NCBI RefSeq assembly: GCF_009914755.1
Contig: NC_060928.1
Reading direction: 5' to 3' (one strand)
DNA from: the human T2T-CHM13v2.0 reference genome, Homo sapiens
DNA: 64,000 bases
Shown: one piece after another, positions 27,401-39,874 of the stretch
Layout: each line of letters begins with the position of its first letter
Position numbering within the stretch: position 1 is the first letter of the stretch
The notes under the pieces: model-generated
Seen by the model: only the letters and a program-made list of their open reading frames with translations
What the model was told of the DNA's origin: nothing
Databases searched by the model: none
Translations under genes and position numbers: made by a program

Positions 27401-27547
27401 AAATCTCATCCACAGCATCCATAAGGTTTGTTCATGGTTCCCATCTGACCCAGCTCTGCCTCCAGATTCAGTGTAAACAGTTATCCTCCCAGATTGGATG
27501 TGCTTTGTCTGCTATTTCAGGGGCCAGGCATGAGTTAGAGGATTGAC

Positions 27548-28080
27548 TGTTGGGAAAGGCAGTTCTGTGCAGTGCTTGCCACCTGCACTGTCCCAATAAA
27601 AGTGGTCTTGGGTGTGTAACTTTACTGGAAGATAAAGTGTCCTCATCATCAGTGCTAGGCTGGTCTCTCATGAGGGAATATCTTTCCCTGCTCCACGCTT
27701 GGTACATAATCCTTTATCCTGCTTAAGTGCATGTGTCGATGGCCCTTAAGCATGCCCTGAGTTGTCAGCTAGTGAAAAAAAGAAATAACACCTTCTTGTT
27801 GGCAGTAACACAAATGCCAGTTTCCATATTTTAGATCCTGGTGGCAGAGGGGGAGAAGCTCTTCTGCTGCAGCATGAAACAAGGTGCATGCAGCCATATC
27901 ACCTCATCTGCTTCAGAGTGGATCCCCTGGCCATGGGAGACCAATGCATTGCCAGGGGCTGGATCTTGTGCACACACTGTCTACCCTCTTGCTGTAAATA
28001 AATGCCATATCACTTGATCCTGGTGTGTGCTTTTTCTGTTCTCCATATTATCATATCATGCAGTGGTCTCTTCCCTGACA
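27548..28080 (+). mobile_element. 3' LTR of the ERV (MER70-like)
   Basis: TG...CA termini (tgttgggaaaggcagt ... ccctgaca); purine-rich tract just upstream; aataaa near 27997. Confidence 0.75.
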
Positions 28081-28090
28081 GAGATTTATC

Positions 28091-29755
28091 TGCCTTTTGT
28101 CCTTGGATACATAGCCTGGCCACACAGAGAAGAGTGAAACAATTTTCACAACTTAGTATATGAAAGTTTATGTATGAGGACATAAAAAATAATATTCATT
28201 AAAGAAAAACATAAATCATATCTCATCAAAATTTAAAATACCTGCTCATCACAATATACTAAGAAAAATAATAGAAAGACTTAGACTTGGAAAAAATATT
28301 TGCAAAACATGTATCATACTAAAGACTGGTTTACAAGATTAATAAGAAACTCCAAAACTCAATGTTAAGAAGTCTAATTACCCAGTTTAAAAAATGGCAA
28401 ATATTTTAATGAGCCCTCCATAAAGGAAGATATAATAAATGGCCGACGAACACATGAAAATCTGCTTATCATCATTAATCATAAGTGAACTTCAAATGAA
28501 AGCCACCATATGATACCATTACGCATGTATCAAAATGTTTAAATTTAAAAAGACATAACACTACAATTTGGCAAAGATGAGGAGCAACTCAAACTATCAT
28601 CCATTAGAGGGAATGTGAAATTGTACAACCACTTAGGGAAAAGTTCTATAGTTTTCATAAAATCAAATACACAACTACTGTATGACTTATTAATTCCTTT
28701 CCTAGGCATTTGTCCAAGAGGAATATAAACATACTTTCACAACCACACAAGCAAGAGTTTTACATAAATGCTCATAGAAGTTTTATTCATTCATAGACAA
28801 AAACTGAAATTAAGGGATTGGATAAAAACTGCTGCATCAGAACAACAGAACGCCACTCAGCAATAAGAAGAAACATACACTGATACAAGCACTCACAAGG
28901 AGGAATCTCAAAACATTTGGGGAATGAAAGAAGACTCCCACAACAGAGTCCATATGTGTGGCTCCATTTATAAAATTACAGAACAGGTGAAACTAATGTA
29001 GTCTGCAAAAATCAGAATGGTAATTACCTCAGACGGGGGATGACGGTAGTGATTAAGGAAAGTATGGCATAGGGTAAAAACAGGTATGTGCGTTTGTCAA
29101 AACCCAGTGAATGTACAGTAAGATTTGCTCATTATATTGAACCTAAACTGCATATCTAAAGATAAAAACATTCTTACTAAATTTTGAACCCTAGTTAATA
29201 ATATACATTCTGAAGTATTTAGTGGGGAGTGCACAAATGTCTGCAATTTACTTTGAAATGAATAAAAAATAAGACAGATTGACATATGGATGGGGAGAGG
29301 AATAGATGGATAGATATGCAATAAACAAATAAAATACCAATCCATAGTGTTAAAAATAAAGGTAGTCATGTTAAAATTTTAAAATTTTATTTGAGCATTC
29401 AATGTATCATGAATCTTGAGGGACCAGTCAGCAAGCAGTTTAGTGCACTACTGGAAGAGGAAACTTTTATAAGACGTTTGAGGAAGCAAGAACAAGAAAA
29501 CATATCTGACTGGTTAGAGTGGAAAGTCCCTATTGAGAGGTTGGTTGTTTATTTCTAATTGTAAAGACTCTAATTTTGTTTTACTGCTTACATTGGGTTT
29601 CAGTTTGCTTACTAGCAACCTAAAGCTTGGAGCCTTCCAATTAATTTTCTTGCTAATAATTTAATCAAGGTGATGTGTATTTGGTGTTCGCTGTAACATT
29701 CATTCAATTGTCTTATATGCTGGAAATGTTTAATACTAAAATATTGGAAATAACA
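28091..29755 (+). mobile_element. Old L1M (MC/ME-type) 3' continuation
   Basis: Resumes L1 ORF2 (ctcatcaaaatttaaaa, aaaatatttgcaaaacat); 3' UTR tgaagtattta..tgtctgcaatttactttgaaatg. Confidence 0.8.
29369..29667 (-). mobile_element. Solo LTR (ERV1-like) nested in the L1 3' UTR
   Basis: tgttaa...aatca segment interrupts otherwise contiguous L1 3' UTR; tttatt near its start. Confidence 0.5.
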
Positions 29756-29892
29756 ATGTTTAGGTGTTTGCTTTTTACATTTTTTTCTTGATATTCAACA
29801 AATATTCTTGACCAATAAATATAGGCATTCTGAGATCAGGAAAGTTCTCTTTACTTATATCTTAATTGTTATTCTCACCCTCTTTCTTTCTG

Positions 29893-30203
29893 TTTTTTTT
29901 TTTTTTTTTTTTTTTTTAATTTTTTTTGAGACAGATCTCACTTTGTCACCAACCGGGCTATAGCACAGTGGCTCAATCTTGGCTCACTGCAGACTCTACC
30001 TCCTCGGGCTCAAGAGATCCTTCCGCATCAGCCTTCCAAGTAGCGGGGACTACAGTCGCGCACCATCATGCCCAGCTAATTTTTCAATTTATTGTAGAGA
30101 TAGGGTTTCACCGTGTTGGTGTTGAACTTTTAGGCTCAAACTATCTGCTCACCTTGGCTTCTTAAAGTGCTAGGATTACAGGTGTGAGCCCCGACACCTG
30201 GCC
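29893..30203 (-). mobile_element. AluJ
   Basis: Poly(T) followed by an antisense Alu with ggctcaag..tcc J diagnostics. Confidence 0.92.
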
Positions 30204-30649
30204 TGTAGATTGCATCTTTATTGCTAGTCTTCTACATCTGTCATCTTCTCAGTCATGATTTTCATCTCCTTAACCATTTTTCTCTAGTCAACTTTGTTAT
30301 CCAGAAATGACGATTGATTTCTGCATTATCAGTTCTTACACTTGCTGTTTCCAATACCAATTCAAATTTTACTATTCAGTTTTTAATTTCAAGCTCACTT
30401 TTACTTCTTCAGCTCCTTTTCCAAGTCAGTCTGATTATTAGGCACCATTTTCTTCAATTCAATGTGTGGTTTTTTTTTCTCCTATTTTTTGTTTTAATTT
30501 TGTTTCAGAGTTAACATTTTCTTGTTCTTCTTTGAGAAAACAAAGGAAATATCTTTGAAGTATTTTTTATTTCTGGTACAAAATCTTTAAAGTTGTATAA
30601 TATTTCTCCTGTAACAAGAGTATAGTACATTTTCTTTTTCTTATTCAAC

Positions 30650-31063
30650 TTTATGGATCAAATGTTTTTGTCTTCCTGAAATTCATATGTCAAAGCCCTA
30701 ATAATCCCCAATATGAGAGTATTTAGAGGTGATCTAGTAATTAGAGGTAATCTAATTACCTTTGGAAGGTAATTAGATTAAGTCATGAGAATGAGTCTGC
30801 CATGATGAGGTTAGTGCTCATATACAATGAGAAAAAGAGAGAAATCTCAGTGTTTTCTCACACAAACACATCCAGAAAAGGCCAAGTAAGGTCATATTGA
30901 AAAGGCAGTCATCTACAAGCCAGGAAGAGGGCCCTTAACAGAGGCCTAACCTGTTAACACGTTGATCTCAGACTTCCCAGCCTACTACTCTGTGAGAAAT
31001 GTCTGTTGCTTAAGCCACCCAGTCTATGATATTTTGTTATGGCAACCAGAGCAGACTAAGGCA
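30650..31063 (+). mobile_element. MLT1A-type LTR
   Basis: aaattcatatgt..catctacaagccaggaagag..ttaagccacccagtctatg..gactaaggca. Confidence 0.85.
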
Positions 31064-31167
31064 TTCAATATGTGCTTTATCACCAAGGCTAGAAAATTTT
31101 AAAAGATTTACACACATTTTGATTAGAGTTACAACCAGAAACAGCATGTGCCAGTTACCAGATGGTC

Positions 31168-31460
31168 ACGGCCTTTGCGATACTCAAAATAATGCCCTCT
31201 GTGTCACTGAGGCATTGTCTCAAGATTCAGCTTTTGCACCTGGGATAGTTCATCTCCTAAAAGGCTACCTTCCCAGAAGGCTGCTCAGGGAAGCTCCACT
31301 GCCCACACCCCCAGCCTAGTCTATCTGAATTTGGAGCAGTCCTCCACTGGGGAATGAAGACTTAGCACTAGGACATCCTTTAGAACATTCAAAGATTTGA
31401 ACTGCATCTTGGGAACAGCAGTGAGGGCTCATCTAACCATCGCTGACTTTGGTTTTTACC
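31168..31460 (+). repeat. Ancient local duplication, copy 2 (paralog at 22420-22705)
   Basis: Aligns to copy 1 at roughly 75% identity by eye. Confidence 0.9.
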
Positions 31461-33295
31461 AAAAGGTGCAACTTTTCTGCTAGTTGTAGCTTGAATCTGT
31501 GTGTGAAATGAGAGGTGCCAAAAGAGGGTAGTATGCGAGATAAAATAATATTGTCTAAACACAGCCTCGAGAACACATAAATGTAAAATGATGGAAGTGG
31601 AGGAAGTTGCATCAAACACCATTGACCACTGGAAGACTCCAAATTCCTATATGTTAATATTAAAAATATTTGCACTTGTATGTTTAACACTTAGTTTGTT
31701 TTAATGTATCACTCTATACAACAGAGATGACAACTTCCAGAAAACAAATGAAGCACAAATAAGAAGAGTAGGAAGAACAGATGAGAGGGTAGTCCCTCAA
31801 GAGGTGATGACTATTATTTGTAGTGAGAAAATAACTAAGAGTAGTTCATACAAAATAATGAAGAAATGCATTTTAATTAATCAGAATGATAAGAACAATT
31901 GAATGGCTATAAATTTATGTAGTTAAATGTAAAGTATAGATTAAATAATATTGCAAAATTCCAAATAGAAACACTGTCCCAGAAAAGGATGCGTGAACGT
32001 AACACATTCCACCGTATGAAACACTAGAAGGAGGTTATACAAATTCAGCCATTGAGTGGACTTCTCTGTCTAGAGGCCCAAGGCAAGATATCAGGGCTGA
32101 TATCAGGGTATTGGTTTCTGAGCTGGACCTGATCTCCTGATGGGGTCTCTACTCCAATGCCTTCTCCCAACATTATCCTCACACTGGTACTTAGAAAGGA
32201 GCATGGGTCTTAAATGTCTCTCAAGATATTCAATGGTCTGTGGAATCTGTGCTTTTATCTCAGTAAAATTAAAGTTTATAAGATTGGGGATCCCTTATTA
32301 CAAAAAAGATAGCTTTATAATTGTCGTGTCAGTAGCAGCCTTAGAACATTTACAGAGAAGGAAGGTGCATTCAGAATTGTGATCTGAAGGGAAGAACTTC
32401 CACATGACTTCCTCTGATCTCTTCAGGTGCCATGCTGTCTGAAATTCCATGATTGTGGCTTGGATCACGGACCTTCCGTTTATATCGCTCTTTCTTCAAA
32501 AGCAATCACAAGGGACGAAGGGATGAATTTCCTTTGTGTCTAGCACTTTGATGTGATTAATTTACCATATATTGGCTGAAGATAAGAACAATGTGGAAAA
32601 ATGGAATCTCTGAAGGGTGAATACAGAGAATAAAGACAAAAAGAGGAGAGATGAAGACCTATGGGGAAAAGACTGAATTTATTTATGGTGCTGTACTGCT
32701 ATCTGTGAAAAGCAGTATAGTGAAGTGGAAAAGATTCTAATGAAATATTGAGTTCTAGTCTTTTTTGTCTGTTTGTTTTTTAATTTTAACCAAGAAAGTA
32801 TCTGTACAAGGTCACCTTTTGTTTTCTGATCTCTATTTTCATACATGAAACCAGACTAATAATAGCCACTCTACTTATCTCAGAAAACACTGCTTAAGAT
32901 ACTCCAAATGAAACATTTCACAGTGACCAAAGCAGCTTTGGTCAAGGTGCAGTTCTCATTTCCCTGAGATGTTTCCAGTCCAAAAATAGACATGAGAAGA
33001 AAGAACCAAAAAAGAAAAGACAGCATAAACTCTGAAATAGAAAAGCAGCTTTGATCAATAAGAATGTATCGAACAGATACCATGGTCCCGTCTACCTTGA
33101 CTTGGAAATCGGAAATATAAGATGCAATTCCTGCCCAAGAAATGTGCAAAACACTTTTTTGTGTTACTAACATTTATCAAGAACTTACCCATGGCAGAAA
33201 CTATGCCAAATACTTTATTTCTTGCAATCCTCACAATTGCCTTATAATGTTGATAATACTTCCAAACATTATAAACTATATAAATAAATTCTATT

Positions 33296-33710
33296 AGTGG
33301 TTCCCAAATTTTGGTGTAGATAAATTCACTTTAAGAACCTTTTATAAAAGCACAAGAGTTATGTTCCCAAGGATTCTGATTCAGCATGTCTTCAAGATAG
33401 CTTGGGAATTTGCATCTTTGGCAAACCCTACAAGTAACCTGAAACGGGTGGAATACAGACCACTTATGCAGTAGCTCTTCCATATATTGTTAAGTGTGAG
33501 ATGCTGCGGGACACAGAGATCCTGGAGCCAACATTTTGCAAATATATCTGATTGCAAGCATCACCTGAATCACCTGTTAAACATACAGGGTCCTAGGCTT
33601 ATCCCTTGGAGATTCTAATTTAATAATCTGAAGATAAGCCAAAGAATCTGTATTACTTTTTAAAAGCAATCATCGTCCCAAATGAATCTTATGGCCACTC
33701 ACATTTGTAG
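33296..33710. mobile_element. Two MER5-family hAT fragments
   Basis: agtggttcccaaa..gattctgattcag; aatcacctg..agattctaattt..aagaatctg. Confidence 0.6.
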
Positions 33711-33829
33711 TTTAAGTGAATTGTCCCTGGTTACCTGGTAATATCCTATGAGAAGAACTAAAACCCAGTTCTGCAGGTTCCCAGGCCAGAGTTCTTTAAG
33801 TACATTGCATCCTTTAAAGAATTACACAT

Positions 33830-34193
33830 GACTACTCAGCCATAAAAAGGAAAGAAATAACGGCATTTGCAGCAACCTGGGTGGAACTGGAGACCGTTAT
33901 TGTAAGTGAAGTAACTCAGGAATGAAAAACCAAACATCGTTTGTTCTCCCTCATAAGAGGGAGCTAAGCTATGAGGATGCAAAGGCATAGGAGTGATACA
34001 ATGGACTTTGGAGACTTGGGGGAAAGCATGAGAGGGGGATGAGGGATAAAAGACTACACATTGGGGACAGCTTGGGTGATGGGTGCACAAAAATCTCAGA
34101 AATCACCACTAAAGAAGTTATTCATGTAACCAAACACTACCGATTCCCCCAAAACCTGTTGAAATAAAAAAGAATATAAAAAGAAAAAAAGAA
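33830..34193 (+). mobile_element. L1PB 3' end
   Basis: actactcagccataaaaagg..gagctaagctatgaggatgcaaaggcata..aaatcaccactaaagaa; A-rich tail. Confidence 0.9.
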
Positions 34194-34894
34194 ATATTTA
34201 TGGAGTCTGCACAGGTTATGACACAGCCCCAATTCAGAAAAGTGTGAAGGGTGTGTTGAGTCCCCTTTTTTCATGCAGGAGTTTCAGGTGTCCTGTGCTT
34301 AGTCTCAGAGCTGTGGTCCAGGCGCACTGTTTAAACCTCATCACAAAGCACTTCCAGCATGGACATTGTAGAATTGAATGGCTGCATGAAAAATCTGATG
34401 AGGGGTAAAAACAAATCCGTGAAAAGTGTCGTCACAGTTACCAAAACTGCTTAGCCAGCTGCAGGAAGCAAACAAATCCACTGAAACATTAACTCAGCCA
34501 GAAGGTTCCAGCTCATTGAAAGCAGGCTCATTTGTTTTCCTATTACGGCTGAACAGCATCTACCTGGGCTGTGTTCGCAGGGTTCCCGCAGCATCATGAC
34601 AGACGTGGAGAAGGCTGACGGATTTATGACACACTGCCTCGATGACATATTTACCAAGTCTTGCTTGCAGAATTCCAGGAGCGGGAGGGCCAGAAGCTCA
34701 AAAAAGAAGAGGCCTGCTGGAACTTGAGCTCTCTGGGAAACTAATAGGGAGAAGGCTTCTGATGAGAGAAGTCTCTACTGAAATGCATGTTTAGGCAGCA
34801 GCACTTCTTATGGACAGAGGTTTCAGACTGGAAAGAGTTCTGCTGGGTATCAGGAGGAGGAGGTATGCCTTCTGGCGTTGAGGCTTCCTGCCTA

Positions 34895-35013
34895 CATCAC
34901 CATGAGGAAGTCACCTGACTTCTCTGAGCCTCAGTTTCCACATTGTGAAAAATAATATTAAGCCCCTTTCTACTCACAAGATTGAGAATGGTATGCCACA
35001 GAAATGTAAGGGC
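34895..35013 (+). mobile_element. MIR
   Basis: cttctctgagcctcagtttcc..tgtgaaaa. Confidence 0.7.
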
Positions 35014-35770
35014 ACTGTATATCATTACATATTCTAGTATTAAACATAATCATTATATATTCCTCATATATACTCTGTATATCATTACATATTCTAGTAT
35101 TAGAAATAGTCATTTTATATTTCTTACATATACTCTTTATATCATTACATATTCTAGTATTAGAAATAATCCTTTATATTCCTTATGTATACTCTATATC
35201 ATTACATATTCTAGTATTAGAAATAATCATTGTATATTCCTTACATATACTCTGTATATCATTATATATTCTAGTATTAGAAATAATCCTTTATATTCCT
35301 TATATATACTCTGCATATCATTACATATTCTAGAATTAGACATAATCATTATATATTCCTTACTTATACTCTGTATATCATTACATATTCTAGTATTAGA
35401 AATAATCATTATATATTTCTTACATATACTCTTTATATCATTACATATTCTAGTATTAGAAATAATCCTTTATATTCCTTATATATACTCTGTATATTGT
35501 TACATATTCTAGTATTAGAAATAATCCTTTGTATTCCTTATAGAAACCCTATATATCATTACAGATTCTAGTACTAGAAATAATTGTGATATATTCCTTA
35601 AACCTACCCTGTATATCATTACATATTCAGTATTACAAATCATCCTTTATATTCCTTATATAAACCCTTTATATCATTACAGATTCTAGTATTAGAAATA
35701 ATCATGATGTATTTCTTATACCTACCCTGCATATCATTACATATTCTAGTATTAGAAATAATCCTTATAT
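35014..35770. repeat. ~59-bp minisatellite, about 13 copies
   Basis: Unit approximately tatatcattacatattctagtattagaaataatc(a/c)ttatatattccttatatatactct; 13 occurrences of the attctagtat-like anchor counted. Confidence 0.97.
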
Positions 35771-35944
35771 GTCCTAGAAGACAAGATGAGGCTAGAGACT
35801 ATTTTTGAGAACTAATTTTCTTATTCTGTTTTTTTTTTATTTGAAAACAAAATGTCAAATAGAAGAGCAAGGAAGAAGGAATATGCCAAACTTTCAGCAA
35901 ATATTGTACTGAGGGAGCTTTATGTAATTTTTCTCACTGAGTAC

Positions 35945-36070
35945 TAATGAAACCCTTGTGACTTAGAGACTACAATCTCCACTTTGTGAATGAGGATACT
36001 GACACTCAGAGAAGTTAAGCAATTTGTCCAAAACTGCACAGCTTATTAGAAAATCCAGGATTTGAGCTGT
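35945..36070 (-). mobile_element. MIR
   Basis: atgaggatactgacactcagagaagttaagcaatttgtccaa. Confidence 0.7.
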
Positions 36071-37489
36071 GCTTGAGATGAAGTAGATGTTCAACAAATT
36101 ATTTTTAAATTAAAAAAGGAACGACTGTCCCTAAAGCCAGAAATTTTTTCCTACTGTAATGCACATTTACACGATAGCCTTTATTTGTCTGAGTATCCGT
36201 TCATGCTCATCTATTCATTCAACATGCTCTCCTTTACTAACTGTGATGTGTAGGTCTCTATTGGAAATATAAAGGTAAATGAGACAAAATTTATTTCCTT
36301 GAGAGTTCGATAGTGCATAAGAAAGAAGTTGTACAGGAATTACTATAACATAAGCCCAAATATGTTGAGCAAATGAAAATTCCCAGAGATGCATTGCAGC
36401 AGAATCTGGAGGGATATTTAGGGCATGGCTGTACAGAGATGGGAGGAAGACAACACAGGCACCAGGAACAATCTGAACATGGGCTCTGGGGCAGCATTTA
36501 ATACACGTCCAAGAGACAGGCATAGTTTAAAGGAAAAGTGGGTGGTAAGTTTGGTGATTTGGGTAGGATGCGCCTGCCAGCTTCTGTATCTATTTGGTAG
36601 CTGGAGCATCTGTCCAGCACCCCTAGATGCTCTCATCCTCAGTACGCTTTCTTCAGTTTCTTTGCTGCTAACTGGTAAAGGGAAGAGCAAATTGAGGCTT
36701 CAAAGTCTTCATTTTTTGAAAACATCTATAGATGACCAGAATGTCATTTTATGACCTCAGGACATACCAGTTTCCTCTACCAGTTGGAGTTTAGAAGAAA
36801 TCTGTATGGCATTCTTACGTGGCAGTAATCAGCTAGAGCTGAAACATTAAGACAGCTCCGATAGAAAGATGAAAGGATAAAAGTTAAGTGTGCTGCTGTA
36901 TATTTTATTTGGCCTGTCACCTCCATTTTATTCCAGGAGGTGTGTAGGAAAAGTGAAAACGCAATACTGGCAGTGATACATTTGGAGAAGCCAAAATTAA
37001 AATTCAACTCTGGGAAAATATTCATTTTCTGCCTCAGATTCTTGCAAACATTAATGACAAGACTATCATATTACAAATGAATTTGATTAGCATAACTCTG
37101 CCTAATGAATTAATTCCTTCTGTGGAACCAAGGTAAAAGTGTTTTTCTTCCCTCTTAATTATCTGTAATAGAGGCAGATTTGCTAATAGAAGTTATTTTT
37201 TTCACATTATGATGTATTTATTCAGTGGATTCTTACCTTGTGCGTAGATGAGTGAATAGAGAACATACTTAATCTCAGTATATGAAAATGTGGCCCTTCC
37301 ATCTTCAGAACCAGAGGAAGCAAAAATTATTTTTTTCAGTTTGTTCTTAAGAAATTTATGGTCACATTAAGACGATATGTTACTCAGAGATATTTGATTT
37401 AAAAAAATCATTTTTTCTATGCCTTCATGAGTCTAAGAAAATGAATAAATTTTTACTTTGCTTTTAAAAATGAAAAATAGCACTGACAT

Positions 37490-37780
37490 TTGCAAAGCAA
37501 TCTGTCAATATGCATCAAGAAATTTAAAAATGCTTAATCTTTTAGAGCCAAAAGTTTCATCTCTGGTATGTGTCTTAAGGAAATAATCCTAAATATAGAA
37601 ATTACAATGTGTATTTCAAGTACCATGTCATTTATGATGAAGGAAATAATTAGATAAGACTGAGATGTTCAAAAATAAGAGGGGAGTTATCTTTTAATGA
37701 AATAGCAGATATTTTAAAATGATATTCGTAAAGACTATACAAATTTGTTATAATATGGAAATGCTCATGGCATAGTAATA
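37490..37780 (+). mobile_element. L1ME-type fragment
   Basis: aaagcaat..caatatgcatcaa..cttaaggaaataatc. Confidence 0.55.
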
Positions 37781-37974
37781 ATGACCATGAGAACAGGTAG
37801 TAGTTATTGATCATTAATTTGTCCAGTGTTTTACATGCAATATTGCAGCATCACATAATCTCAGTAAGGTGGTATTATCCTTATTATCAGCACATATCTG
37901 ATGACAACGCTAAAGCCTATAAAATATGAGAGATCTGTCCACGGTCAAATTAGTTTTGAAACCAGATTCTGCAT

Positions 37975-38561
37975 TGTGCTGAGTCCCCAAGACCACCCTG
38001 AAGTCACCTACTGACTATAAGGAGTCACAGAACTCAAAATGGCTATTATACTCACAGTTACAGCTTATTACAGCAAAACTATAGTGATAAAAATCAGCAA
38101 TGGCAAATGTGATAAAGTTCAAGAGAGACCAGGCACAATCTTCCAACTGTCCTCTCTCCCTGGGGTAGTACAGACAGGGCCTAATTCTTCCAGCCGAACT
38201 GTCTCCCAACATGTGAGTATTGCCAACCAGGGGAGCTCACCTATGCCTTGGTATTCAGGGTTTCCATTAGAAACCAGTCATATAGGCATGGATACCCATT
38301 TGGCTGACCTTAGTCACTCAGTCTCCTGCCCCTCCAGATGTCAAAGTGATGCAGCATAGCTCAAGGTCCCCACCCAAAATAGCATTGTTAGTATAAACTA
38401 GAGTGGCCAAAGTCCCCAGGTATACAAAGACCTTTTTATCAGGCAGGGTTTTCCAAGGGTTTAGAAGTTATCTCCCAGGAACTGGTCATGAGCCAGTCTT
38501 TTCTTTGGAATGTGCAGAATTTGAACACCCCTGACATGCTGGGCCAATCCTTTGCTGTACA
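37975..38561 (-). mobile_element. MER21-family LTR
   Basis: ccccaagaccaccc..tatactcacagttacagcttattacagc..agagaccaggcaca..ctttggaatgtgcag..tttgaaca. Confidence 0.8.
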
Positions 38562-38769
38562 AAAACCAACCAGACAAAAACCAGAGCCTGAATGTTTAGT
38601 CATTATGGATTCTGCCAAGCAGGAATCCACAGCCCTTTGCTGAGTACCTTCTGTGGGCCAAGAGGGTGCCTTATATTAAGGGTTATGAGGTTGAAAAAGA
38701 AATATTCCCTGCTATGGTAAGATGGACTGACTAGCAAGTCACTGTTGACTAGCATGTCATTGTTGAACA

Positions 38770-39861
<1,092 letters not shown>

Positions 39862-39874
39862 TAATTGAGACAAT

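Noticed and set aside
32087-32109. Short tandem duplications (gatatcaggg twice; also ~3097-3133 and ~58894-58919)
   Set aside because: Ordinary slippage micro-duplications with no further structure.
32405-32560. Plus-strand splice acceptor-like cttcctctgatctcttcag followed by CpG-containing sequence
   Set aside because: No convincing downstream donor or ORF; such motifs are common by chance.
34982-35512. 176-aa ORF, the longest in the track
   Set aside because: It is a translation of the ~59-bp VNTR (repeating YIITYSSIRNN), with a non-ATG start and no coding features.
35014-35770. Regularly spaced repeats that could suggest a CRISPR array
   Set aside because: The intervening segments are themselves homologous, so there are no unique spacers. 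The context is a primate genome with no cas genes.
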